Source: Octopus vulgaris (taxonomy: Eukaryota). Taken from it: DNA of 64,000 nucleotides. Numbering within the stretch: the stretch's first letter is position 1; each line of letters opens with the position of its first letter. This document shows, piece by piece, positions 49,127 through 61,790 of the stretch. The position numbers and the translations under genes were made by a program. The notes under the pieces are model-generated. The model was not told where the DNA came from. It worked only from the letters and a program-made list of their open reading frames with translations, and made no database searches. The stretch covers positions 167,710,001 through 167,774,000 of the forward strand of contig OX597816.1 of assembly GCA_951406725.2 (NCBI GenBank). Reading direction: 5' to 3'.

Positions 49127-51738
49127 CTGGAAGAAGAAGGAGAAGAAATGAAGGAAACAATGGATGAATGAAAGAGTGAAGAAGAACAAGAACTTCATAT
49201 AAATAAATTCATAAATTTCCAGTGACGAGTTTCGTATTGTCTGGCACCTGTGTCGGTGGTACATAAGAAAACACCATCCGAGCGTGGCCGTCTGCCAGCC
49301 TCGTCTGGCACCTGTGTTGGTGGCACATAAAAACACCATCCGAGCGTGGCCGTCTGCCAGCCTCGTCTGGCACCTGTGTCGGTGGCACATAAAATCACCC
49401 ACTACACCCTCGGAGTGGTTGGCGTTAGGAAGAGCATCCAGCTGTAGAAACACTGCCAGATCTGACTGGCCTGGTGCAGCCTTCGAGCTCGCCAGACCCC
49501 AGTTGAACCGTCCAACCCATGCTAGCATGGAAGGCGGACGTTAAACGATGATGATGATGATGATGATTACTGGTAATTTCATGTAAAATACTGATTTGAT
49601 GACCTCATGATGCTGAACCTTTCACATAAGATGACAAAGGACCGAGATATCTGGCCCCTTGCTGTACTCCAGAAGACACTTGTACATGGTGCCATGCAGT
49701 AGGACTGAACTTGAAACTACATGGTCGCAAAGCAAGCTTCTTCACCACACAGCCATGCCTGCGCTTATCAGGGTTTTTTTTTCCCTTTCTTTTCTTCTAT
49801 ATTGTATATTTGTGTTATAGGCTCAAATCCTGCAGAGGACAGCTTTGCTGTTCACCTTTTCCAAGCCGATAAGAGGTGATAAGGCCGCTTCTCCTGGTGA
49901 GGAGGAATGGCCAGCAAGACTCCTGTGCTAGTGCCATGTAAAAAGCACTCATGCCAGTGCCATGCTAAAGCGCTCATGCTTGGTGCCACATTAAAAGCAC
50001 TCAGCACATCATCATCATCATCGTTTAACGTCCGCTTTCCATGCTAGCATGGGTTGGACGATTTTGACTGAGGGCTGGCGAACCAGACGGCTGCACCAGG
50101 CTCAAATCTTGATCTGGCAGAGTTTCTACAGCTGGATGCCCTTCCTAACCCCAACCACTTCCGAGAGTGTAGTGGGTGCTTTTTACGTACCAGTTAGGCG
50201 GTACTGGCAATGACCTCACTCGAATCTTTCTACACATGCCACCGGCACAGGTGCCAGTAAGGCGACGTTGGTAACGATCACGCTCAAATGGTGCCCTTTT
50301 ACGTGCCACTGGCACGGAGCCAGTTGGCTGCTCTGGCAATGATCACGCTTGGATGGTGCTCTTGGCACCCTACTAGCACGGGCACAAGTGCCAGTAAGGC
50401 GATACTGGTAACGATCACACTCGAATGGTGCCCTTTTATGTGCCACTGGCACGGAAGCCGGTTAGCCGCTCTGTCAACGATCACCCTCGTATAGTGCTCT
50501 TTGCACCCTGCTAGCATGGATGCCAGTCATCGAATTTGACTTTGATCACTCTGTAAAGTGGTTGGCATTAGGAAGAACAGCCACCTGTAGAAACCAAGCA
50601 AAATCAGACTGGAACCAGCTCCAGTCAAACGGTCCAACCTAATCCAGTATGGATAATGGACGCTAAAGGATGATGACGGACACTGATAAATGGTCAAAAA
50701 TGTTGGCTGAGGGAAATGGTATGGTTGCTTAAACTAATATCAGGAATTACTCTGTGTTAATTTGATTGGCTTGGAAAAGGTGAACAGCAAAGCTGTCCTC
50801 TGCAGGATTTGAGCCTATAACACAAATATACAATATAGAAGAAAGAAAAGAAAAAAAAACCCTGATAGGCGCAGGGATGGCTGTATGGTTAAGAAGCGAT
50901 CCCTGCTGTACTCTTTCGCCACAACTTTCTCTCACTCTTTCTTCTGTTGGCCTGCTTGCTTAGCCAGCAGGGTAGCATCATTCGATAGCTAAAACAATGT
51001 GAAGCACATTGTGACCAGCGATGTGTAGCAACATCTGATAACCTGGTCGGTCACGGTGATATATATATATATCTACGATGGACTGGAGTCCCGTCCAGCT
51101 GGGGGGAACACATATGCCACAGAAACTGGGCCCATGAGCCTGGCTAGGCTTGAAAAGGGCGACGTTTATCATTATATATATATAAATATATAATATTTAT
51201 AATTTTCTTATTGTTAAATAAAATTTCATTAAACTAATTTTCTGTCATTTACGACTTTATATCTTTATATATATAAACACACACACACACACATATATTT
51301 GTAGTACACTGTGGACTGGTTGCTGTTAGGAGGGGTGTCCAACAATGGAAACCATAATAATCTTATGTGATATTCTACATAAGTAATTCAAGTTTTAGAA
51401 TAATTGTTATTGTTTAGCTTGAATGTCACCCTAGTCAAATAGATTTATGATAAAAGTCATTCCAGCCTTGCCCATCCCCCCTTTTTGGAAGATATACACA
51501 ATTAATTCTCTTATGTGTGTTCTTCAATTTTTTTTTTATTTTTACGGGAGTGATCTGATGGAAATTTAGCTGCTATTTCTTGCATTTCTATCTGGCCAAA
51601 TGACCACACACAGATCTCTGCTGAATCAGCTCTGGTGTTAATTTGTCAAAGATCAGATACAAGATATACAGGCCAAGTAATTAACGGCTGATGTAAAGGG
51701 CAGATGAAGTTGGGGAGAACAGGTTAGAAAATACTTAC

Positions 51739-51848
51739 CACAGAGCATTCACAGAATTCAGCTTCATATTTCCTGGCAAGTCCTTCACCTTCCTCTTTAG
51801 ATATTTTCCGCTGCTCTTCCAGGTCAGTCTTATTGCCAACTACAAAAC
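51739..51848 (-). CDS. IFT27: IFT27 exon with G4 NKxD and G5 (CFVVGNKTDLEEQRKISKEEGEGLARKYEAEFCECSV), 110 bp
   Basis: GNKTDL and the IFT27-type xSV-K motif; ctgcag/gtaagt sites, phase 1-0. Confidence 0.92.
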
Positions 51849-51887
51849 CTGCAGTTAAGGAACAGACAAGATAGAAATGAAACATTA

Positions 51888-52490
51888 AGGCGGCGTGCTG
51901 GCAGAAACGTTAACATACAAATATACAAATAGAAACATTAGCACGCCGGGCGAAATGCTTGGCAGTATTTCATCTATCTTTACGTTCTGAGTTCAAATTC
52001 CGCCGAGGTCGACGTTGCCTTTCATCCTTTTGGGATCGATTAAATAAGTACCAGTTATGCACTGGGGTCGATATAATCGACTTAATCTGTTTGTACTCTC
52101 TGGGTTTAGCCCCTTGTGGATAGTAAAGAAATAGGTATTTCGTCTGCTTTTACGTTCTGAGTTCAAATTCCACTGAGGTCAACTTTGCCTTTCATCCTTT
52201 TGGGGTCGATTAAATAAGTACCAGTTATGCACTGGGGTCGATATAATCGACTTAATCTGTTTGTACTCTCTGGGTTTAGCCCCTTGTGGATAGTAAAGAA
52301 ATAGGTATTTCGTCTGCTTTTACGTTCTGAGTTCAAATTCCACTGAGGTCAACTTTGCCTTTCATCATTTCGGGGTCGATTAAATAAGTACCAGTTACAC
52401 ACTGAGGTCGATATAATCGACTTAATCCGTTTGTTTGTCATTGTTTGTCCCCTCTGTGTATAGCCCCTTGTGGGCAATAAAGAAATAAGA
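51888..52490 (+). mobile_element. Trimeric copy of the same SINE
   Basis: Head plus three bodies joined at gtaaagaaata-ggtatttcgtctg. Confidence 0.9.
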
Positions 52491-53333
52491 TAGAAATGAA
52501 ACAGTTTTGCAAAGCAGTTCCAGCCTCAGCTATTTGGCTTCAGTGATTAAACGCTGACTTATTCAACATCAGACGTTTTAATCTTTCTCATCTCCTCTTC
52601 CTCTCTCTCTCTGCATATTTCTCTGTATGTATAAGAGGAGGGTAGAAGTAATGTTTCTTTCTCTCTCCCACTCTCTCTGTTCATGTACATGAGCATCTAT
52701 GTATATATGCCTGCCTCACTTGCCTTCTCTTTGTTTATGTGTGTGAGCATATTTCCCTTTATGTATATGAGGAGAGGAAAAATGTTTATGTCAGTCATGT
52801 TCAATTAATAAATTATAATCTCCCTCTCTCCTTCCCTCCCTCTAATTCCCTCTCTTTCTCCCTCTTTCTCTCTTTCTAACTCTTCCTCTATGTGTGTGAG
52901 CATCTATATTTATATCTAATGTCTCTTTCTCTTCACTCTTGGAGAGAGTGTGTGTGAGAGAGAGAGTGTGTGTATGTGTGCGTGTGAGAGAGAGTGTGTG
53001 TATGTGTGCGTGTGAGAGAGAGTGTGTGTGAGAGAGAAAGAGAGAGAGAGGGAGAAAGAGAGAGACAGAGAGAGATAGTGTGTGTTTGCCTCTAGTGCCA
53101 AAATGTACTGTTGCCCAAACTTTTATTCAGGATGAGGTATTATAGTTTTTTTGTCCAGTTTATGCAAACTATCAGTTTTAGCCCTAACACACTGACAGGA
53201 TTCATGCCACACATTGCTAACTGATTACTATATTGTAACAAATTTCACAATGAGTACGATATGATGAGCCAGTGGAAAAGAAGCTACAAATAGTTACAGT
53301 TCTAACCAATATTCCAAATGTATGTTTACTTAC

Positions 53334-53451
53334 AAATAACAGATCCTTTGGGGTTTTTCTTAAGAATTTGTTCCAGATAGTTGTTACATTCTTCAAATGA
53401 TTTTGTGTCTGTAATGTCATAGAGTGCTATCACTAATGAGGCATTTGAATA
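53334..53451 (-). CDS. IFT27: IFT27 exon (YSNASLVIALYDITDTKSFEECNNYLEQILKKNPKGSVI), 118 bp
   Basis: Rab-like YD(I/V)T...SF motif; tttcag/gtaagt sites, phase 0-1. Confidence 0.9.
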
Positions 53452-53874
53452 CTGAAATAAATCAACACAAGAATTAATACAGTTAAAATAAAATAATTAC
53501 AATAATTGCTGTTATTATTATCATTATTTCTGAAGGTGGAGAGCTGGCAGAATTGTTAGCATACCAGTATTTCATCCATCCTTACATTCTGAGTTCAAAT
53601 TCTGCAAAGGTTGACTTTGCCTTTCATCCTTTCAGGGTTGATAAAATGAACACTGGAAGTGATGTAATCGACTCATCTCCTTCCCCGATTCAGATGTCTT
53701 TATGAAGCTGCTGGAGATTGTGGTCAAACATTGGCTGGAGAGGATTACTGCTGGATGGCTATATATGTGGTAGCTGAATTTGGCACCTTACCAAGATTCA
53801 TCCGAATTCCACAAATCATTTTCTTTTTAAACTGGGTATGATGAAACTCTTCTGCAAGGGGAGACAATAATTCG

Positions 53875-55932
53875 TTTCTTTATTGCCCACAAGGGGCTAA
53901 ACACAGAGGGGACAAACAAGGACAGACAAACGGATTAAGTCGATTACATCGACCCCAGTGCGTAACTGGTACTTAATTTATCGACCCCAAAAGGATGAAA
54001 GGCAAAGTCAACCTCGGCGGAATTTGAACTCAGAACGTAATGGCGGATGAAATACCTATTTCTTTACTACCCACAAGGGGCTAAACATAGAAGGGACAAA
54101 CAAGGACAGACAAACGGATTAAGTCGATTACATCGACCCCAGTGCGTAACTGGTACTTAATTTATCGACCCCAAAAGGATGAAAGGCAAAGTCGACCTCG
54201 GCGGAATTTGAACTCAGAACGTAATGGCGGATGAAATACCTATTTCTTTACTACCCACAAGGGGCTAAACATAGAAGGGACAAACAAGGACAAACAAACA
54301 GATTAAGTCGATTACATCGACCCCAGTGCGTAACTGGTACCTAATTTATCGACCCCAAAAGGATGAAAGGCAAAGTCGACCTCGGCGGAATTTGAACTCA
54401 GAATGTAATGGCGGATGAAATACCTATTTCTTTACTACCCACAAGGGGCTAAACATAGAAGGGACAAACAAGGACAAACAAACAGATTAAGTCGATTACA
54501 TCGACCCCAGTGCGTAACTGGTACTTAATTTATCGACCCCAAAAGGATGAAAGGCAAAGTCAACCTCGGCGGAATTTGAACTCAGAACGTAATGGCAGAT
54601 GAAATACCTATTTCTTTACTACCCACAAGGGGCTAAACATAGAAGGGACAAACAAGGACAAACAAACAGATTAAGTCGATTACATCGACCCCAGTGCGTA
54701 ACTGGTACTTAATTTATCGACCCCAAAAGGATAAAAGGCAAAGTCGACCTCGGCGGAATTTGAACTCAGAACGTAATGGCGGATGAAATACCTATTTCTT
54801 TACTACCCACAAGGGGCTAAACATAGAAGGGACAAACAAGGACAAACAAACAGATTAAGTCGATTACATCGACCCCAGTGCGTAACTGGTACTTAATTTA
54901 TCGACCCCAAAAGGATGAAAGGCAAAGTCGACCTCGGCGGAATTTGAACTCAGAACGTAATGGCGGATGAAATACCTATTTCTTTACTACCCACAAGGGG
55001 CTAAACATAGAAGGGACAAACAAGGACAGACAAACGGATTAAGTCGATTACATCGACCCCAGTGCGTAACTGGTACTTAATTTATCGACCCCAAAAGGAT
55101 GAAAGGCAAAGTCGACCTCGGCGGAATTTGAACTCAGAACGTAATGGCGATGAAATACCTATTTCTTTACTACCCACAAGGGGCTAAACATAGAAGGGAC
55201 AAACAAGGACAGACAAACGGATTAAGTCGATTACATCGACCCCAGTGCGTAACTGGTACTTAATTTATCGACCCCAAAAGGATGAAAGGCAAAGTCGACC
55301 TCGGCGGAATTTGAACTCAGAACGTAATGGCGGATGAAATACCTATTTCTTTACTACCCACAAGGGGCTAAACATAGAAGGGACAAACAAACAGATTAAG
55401 TCGATTACATCGACCCCAGTGCGTAACTGGTACTTAATTTATCGACCCCAAAAGGATGAAAGGCAAAGTCGACCTCGGCGGAATTTGAACTCAGAACGTA
55501 ATGGCGGATGAAATACCTATTTCTTTACTACCCACAAGGGGCTAAACATAGAAGGGACAAACAAGGACAAACAAACAGATTAAGTCGATTACATCGACCC
55601 CAGTGCGTAACTGGTACTTAATTTATCGACCCCAAAAGGATGAAAGGCAAAGTCGACCTTGGCGGAATTTGAACTCAGAACGTAATGGCGGATGAAATAC
55701 CTATTTCTTTACTACCCACAAGGGGCTAAACATAGAAGGGACAAACAAGGACAAACAAACAGATTAAGTCGATTACATCGACCCCAGTGCGTAACTGGTA
55801 CTTAATTTATCGACCCCAAAAGGATGAAAGGCAAAGTCGACCTCAGAGGAATTTGAACTCTGAATGTGGCGGCAGACGAAATACGGTTACGCATTTCACC
55901 CGGCGTGCTAACGTTTCTGCCAGCTCGCCGCC
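53875..55932 (-). repeat. Tandem array of 11 x ~184-bp units of a tRNA-derived SINE, with a single 5' head at the right end
   Basis: Unit starts at 53875, 54059, 54243, 54427, 54611, 54795, 54979, 55162, 55346, 55520 and 55704; head ggcggcgagctggcagaaacg at 55932. Confidence 0.95.
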
Positions 55933-57589
55933 CTCGGCAATAATCTCCCTGTCTCTCAAACAACAAACAACCCAATCATGTTTTAAGTGGAGAACTAGAA
56001 ACAAAGGACTGCACGTGATCTTTCACATTGTAATACTACTGCTAATATATGTGTTTCTATACTTACAAGTAGAACTAGTCTGGGTGACCATGATAGACAG
56101 CAAATCTTATGCAGTGCTACATTATCCTGGTAAACTGTGAAATTAAACTGCATCTATACAATTAAGTTGCTAAAAGCTAAGTAGCAGAAACATGCATTGT
56201 TACACAAATGCAATAAATTTTAAAGGAAGAACTACAAAAGGGCCAATGAGTGCAGCACTGTGTTCTTTAAGTAAAATACTTGACTTTCAATGACCTGCTT
56301 TTATTTTTACCATTTTAAATAATGAAGGATATATTAGATAATTTGGTCTGACGTGCATTGCTACTGTTGTCATTATCATTTTGACATTTACTTTCCTATC
56401 TTAGCATGAACCAGACAGAATTCATTGTAGAAGGTTTTTCTACAGCTAAATACTCTTCTTGTTGCCAGCTCTAGCTTGTTTTTAAGCAAGGTGATATTTC
56501 CCCAGGACTGGCTTTCACGACAAGGTTGGAAATGAATAATATTGTTCGAGTTACAGTGACAGCTGTTTGCAAATCTGGTGCAATGTAAAGACACACACAC
56601 GACAGGTGTCTTTCGGTTTCCACCTACCAAATCCATTCACAAGGGTCTAGTTGACCCAGGGCAATAGCAGGAGACACAAGCCCAAGGTACCATGCAGTGG
56701 AATTATTCTTTCTTTTATTCTTTTATGTGTTTTCAGTCATTTGACTGTGGCCCTGCTGGAGCACTGCTTTGGGGGATTTTAGTTAAACAAATCAACATCA
56801 AGAATTATTTTTTTTAATTTTTAAGCCTAGTACCTATTCTATCAGTCTCTTTTGCTGAACCACTAAGTCATGGGGACGTAAACACAGACACCAGTTATCA
56901 AGCAGTGATGGGGGAACAAAGACACTCATATATATATATATACGATGGACTACTTCCAGTTTCTGTCTACCAAATCCACTCATAAGGCTTTGGTCAGCCT
57001 GATGCTATAATAGAAGACACTTGCCCAAGATGTGACACAAGTCTGAACAAAAAAAAAACACAAAACAATGGGCAGTGTTCCATGACAAACTTTTTTTTAC
57101 CATTTGAAGCTGAACAACAAAAACTTCCCAAATCAAAGACTAGTAATTCATATGCTTTAACCATTGCCAATACTTAGAGGATTTTCATGTAGTCAGTTCA
57201 TGATTATATTTGATAGAAGCATCAAGAAGTGAAGAATATGACAGAAATAATAATCTAAGAGCTACATGGTTATTTTATCTTTCATTTTTCTTTTACTTGT
57301 TTTGGTCACTGAATGACGGCCATGCTAGGGCACTATATTGAAGGGCTTACTCAGAAAAATTGACTCTGGCACTTTTTTTAAAGTCAGGTACTGGTATATT
57401 ACTGTTGGTCTCTTTTGCCAAACTGCTAAGTTACAGGGATGTAAACAAACCAACACCAGTTGTCAAGCAGGAGAGGAGGAACAAACTCAAATACATGCGT
57501 GCACACACACAACAGGCTTCCTAACAGTTTCTGTTTAATGAATTTATTCTCAAGGCATTGATCAGCCACAGACTATAATAATAGTAATA

Positions 57590-57912
57590 ATAATAAAATA
57601 TTGTGTACAGTGCTCAGGCGCACTACAACTCATCTAAAGTGTATGTATAATCAGGTGTAGTTTCAGCGGATTTCGGAAAGCATGAGGGCCTTAAAGGATG
57701 CAGTGTCATGGCAGTCAACAACTGATGCAGGCAGTTTGTTCTATGCTTCAGCAACTCTGAGTGTGAAAAAATGTTTCCGAAAGTCATGGGAGCTGTGTTG
57801 TTTTCTGACTTTGTAGGTATGTCCATGTGTGTTGGACACATGGAGATCAAAAAGGTGTTCAGTGTTGTTGTTGGTGAGGTGGTTGATAACTTTGTGGGTG
57901 TTTACCAAGATA
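57590..57912 (-). mobile_element. CR1/L2-group LINE 3' fragment
   Basis: THGHTYKVRKQH..RKHFFTLRV..NKLP, with a (TTA)n tail. Confidence 0.75.
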
Positions 57913-58045
57913 CTTAATAATAGAAGATACTTGTCCAAGGTGCCACGCATTGAGACTGAGTCATTAAAAAAAAAATACAGAAAAGAAAAGTGAGAAAGTA
58001 ACATGGATGAAATTTAATGGAAAAAATTAAAATAAAACAACTTAC

Positions 58046-58105
58046 AAAGTTTTGTACAAATTCTGAATAACAATCTTTTGATGGAGTATCAAACATTATA
58101 AATTC
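58046..58105 (-). CDS. IFT27: IFT27 exon, G3 region (EFIMFDTPSKDCYSEFVQNF), 60 bp
   Basis: Matches [20 protein letters not shown]; ttacag/gtaagt splice sites, phase 0-0. Confidence 0.85.
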
Positions 58106-59486
58106 CTGTAAGATAAAGGAAAGCAAAATTCAGTGTTCAACCTTTCAATTCCAACCACATTGAAACTAGACTCATCCTTGATCCCATGCCATCGACACTT
58201 TCAAAACAGCTGCTATTAATATATTCGCATTTAAATTGAAATTTTAAATGAAATCTTGTAAGTACATGAATGTCAGCACAAAGATGTCATCAGATAAAAA
58301 ATTCTAGCTTAGTTTTGTATAATAATCTATTAAAAAAAAAATATTATTTTCAGTTTTATTCCTAATACCAAATTAATATACCAGTCATCATCACCATTGT
58401 CACCACCACCAACTATTTCTTTACTACCCACAAGGGGCTAAACATAGAGGGAACGAACAAGGACAGACAAATGGATTAAGTCAATTACATCGACCCCAGT
58501 GTGAAACTGGTACTTAATTTATCGACCCCGAAAGGATGAAAGGCAAAGTCAACCTCGGTGGAATTTGAACTCAGAACGTAACGGCAGACAAAATACGGCT
58601 ACGCATTTCGCCCGGCGTGCTAATGTTTCTGCCACCACCATCATCATTGACATCATTATCGTCACCATCATCATCATTATTGTCACCACCACCACCACCA
58701 TCATCATCATCAGTGGAGGCGCAATGGCCCAGTGGTTAGGGCAGCAGACTTGCGGTCGGAGGATCGCGGTTTCGATTCCCAGACCGGACGTTGTGTGTGT
58801 TTATTGAGCGAAAACACCTATAGCTCCACGAGGCTCCAGCAGGGGGTGGTGGCGACCCCTGTTGTACTCTTTCGCTCCAACTTTCTCTCACTCTTTCTTT
58901 CTGTTTCTTATCCCCGACTTCCGACGCAACCGCTGAGCCTGGATGCACATTCATCCCTCCGTCGATGCTCTCGGTGTCGGGGCTTGACCTGCTTTCTCTT
59001 CTGCGGGTCTTACGAATAGCAAAGGATCACGTTTCGGAATTCTCCCACTCTGGGACGAAGACCGCTTTGCTCAACAAACAAACAATCATCATCATCATCA
59101 TCAACCACTGCACCATCGTCATCATTGTTTAACATCTACTCTTCTGTGCATGCATGGGTCAGATGGAATTTTTCTTGAGGCAGATTTTCTACATCCAGAC
59201 AAACCATGCAATCTTGAGTTTAGTCTGAAGACCACAAGTTTCATCAGGAGGGGGCATCTGGCCAAAGAATATTCACCTCAAGCAATTCTGTCTGACCCAT
59301 GCAAACATGAAAATGTGAACATATGAATGATGATGATATCCAACTACAGTACAGACAATTCAAACTGGTGCTGAGCTTTCCATAAACAAAGCTTAAAACC
59401 ATTTTCTGATTCTTGTTTCAGTTATTTCATTATGTGTTTGTCTCATTATTGTACTAGAAGAGCATTAAAAAAAGGTGGGTACTTAC

Positions 59487-59546
59487 AACACTGTAACGGG
59501 TGCCTGGAACTCGGACAGATTTCACAACAATATCCACATTTGTCGT
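59487..59546 (-). CDS. IFT27: IFT27 exon (TTNVDIVVKSVRVPGTRYSV), 60 bp
   Basis: Matches human IFT27 [20 protein letters not shown]; tttttgtag acceptor and gtaagt donor. Confidence 0.88.
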
Positions 59547-61354
59547 CTACAAAAAGAAAAACATAAACTAAAAATAATTGAAGTGCAATGAAAAGAAATT
59601 TTGGTGCTACTTTGGTGTGTGATCTACAAATTAAAGGGCAATTACTTCGGGTTACTTTTTAGTTTACTTTTCAATTTCTAGTGAGATCACAGTTGTAGCC
59701 TATGTCAGTGTTGCATAACCAACCCACTCAAAATGTACCTTTGGAGCGTAGGGTGACATGCCATGCTTGAGAAGACTTATTGAGTCAAGTACTTTAACAT
59801 CAACATCAAAATTGAACCACACCACAATCAAATGGAAATTGTAGTTGTGGCTGATGCCATCACTGCCTGTCTGGCTCCCCGTGCCGATGACATGTAAAAA
59901 ATACTACCCAAAAGTGGTTGATTCCAGTCCCCTTGCCCCGACTGGCTCCCGTGCCAGTGGCACATAAAAGCACCCTCCAAACGTGGTCAATGCCAGTCCC
60001 CTCTGGCTCCTGTGCTGGTGGCCCATGAAAAGCACCATCCAAACGTGGTCAATGCCAGCCCCCTCTGGCCCTTGTGCGTAGGGTGACCTGCTGTGCTTGA
60101 GGAGACCTATTGAGTCAAGTACATCTACATCAAAATAAAAATCAATGGAAACTGTAGTCGTGATACCTGTACCAGCAGCACGTAAAAAGCAACATCCGAA
60201 CGTGGCTGATGCCAGTGCTGCCTTGACTGGCGTCCGTACCAGTGACACGTAAAAAGCACCATCCGATCGTGGCCATTTGCCAGCCTCCTCTGGCCCCTGT
60301 GCCAGTGGCATGTAAAAAGCACCCACTACACTCATGGAGTGGTTGGCATTAGGGAGGGCATCCAGCTGTAGAAACACTGCCAGATCAGACTGGAGCCTGG
60401 CGCAGCCTCCTGGCTTCCCAGAGCCTGGTCGTACTGTCCAACCCATGCTAGCAAGGAAAACGAACGTTAAACGATGACGATGATGATGGTGTTATTTTAG
60501 AGCTTTGTTATCACTGCTGTCCTCATCACCACCATAGCAATTCAATACCCACTTTCCCATGCTTGTATGGGTTAGACACAATTTGTCAAGGCACTTTTTC
60601 TATCAATCAGATGTCATTCCTGCAGTCGACCCTCACCTGTTTCCACTCAAGCTAGTATTTCCCCATGGCTGCACATGTTTTTCTTAGAAGATTAGAAATG
60701 AAGAACAACTGTATGATAACGATGCTTGTTTCTAACTATCAAACAATGTCAAGATAAGAAAATACAAACACACACTTAACAATATCAATTACGTAGCCAA
60801 TGATGAATGTCTAGGTTTGCTGACTGTGAACATTTTGTGTCTTGTATTGTCATGGTTCTAAGTTGTTCTTCATTGAATTTCTAGTTCTCATAAGGTGAAT
60901 CTTGTTTAGAGGGTTTTGGTTTATGATGGTTGTATTCATTATCATCATCAGCTGAAATCTGCTTTCCATGCTGACATGGGTGAGACAATTTAACTGGAAC
61001 TGATACCCTGGGTGCTGTACAAGGTTCAAGTCTGATTTGGCAGGGTTTCTACAGCTGGATGTCCTTCCTAATTCCAACCACTCCAAGAGTGTAACAGGAG
61101 CATTTTACATGCCACTGGCATGGGTTCAATTTACATGACACTGGTAATGGCCACAACTACAATTTCACCACAACTTCCATACACAGACACTGTATGATTG
61201 TCTTTCACATGGACTCTAATTATGGAGTTCTGGTAAGGGTAATACTTGTTTAACCCTTTTGTTATCAACCTGGCTGAAACCAGCTCTGGCTCTGTACTAC
61301 AAATGTCATATTTTCATAAGTTTTGAATTAAAATCTTCCACCAACTGTATAACC

Positions 61355-61790
61355 TACCTCTAATCCCATCTAGGAGTGATGGACAGTGATGTTTCGACAT
61401 TTTTGTGGCTTATCAACATCACTTACCAAACAAAATCATCTCCCTTCAACAAGTCATCCTAATGAGACGTCTGCATTGGTTGGGTCATGCCCTCCGTCGT
61501 CAGCCAGGAGAATTCATCTACGAAGCAACTACCCCAGCTCCCCTTCAGGGTTGGCGAAAGCAAAGTGGGGGACACCAAAAAGCTGGCTGATGACAGTCAA
61601 GGCTGATCTGGAACCCAACCTAGGCCCCCATATCTATGGCGTTCGCCGCTGGAATAAGGAGTGGTTGGAGATCACGCGGTCGTTAGCCTCAAATCGCCAG
61701 GTCTGGTTGGTGTTAGTGAGAGATGCAGCATTGAGGATGAATGAAGCCAGCTCAACCCACCCCGGGTGAATGCTGTCTCAAGACAAGACT
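61355..61790 (+). mobile_element. RTE-type LINE 3' fragment (third family)
   Basis: RRLHWLGHALRR..W...V..DL. Confidence 0.7.

Noticed and set aside
53875-55932. tRNA or 5S gene cluster, or hammerhead retrozyme
   Set aside because: Units lack the A box and a cloverleaf, and I found no CUGANGA core on either strand; they are SINE bodies.
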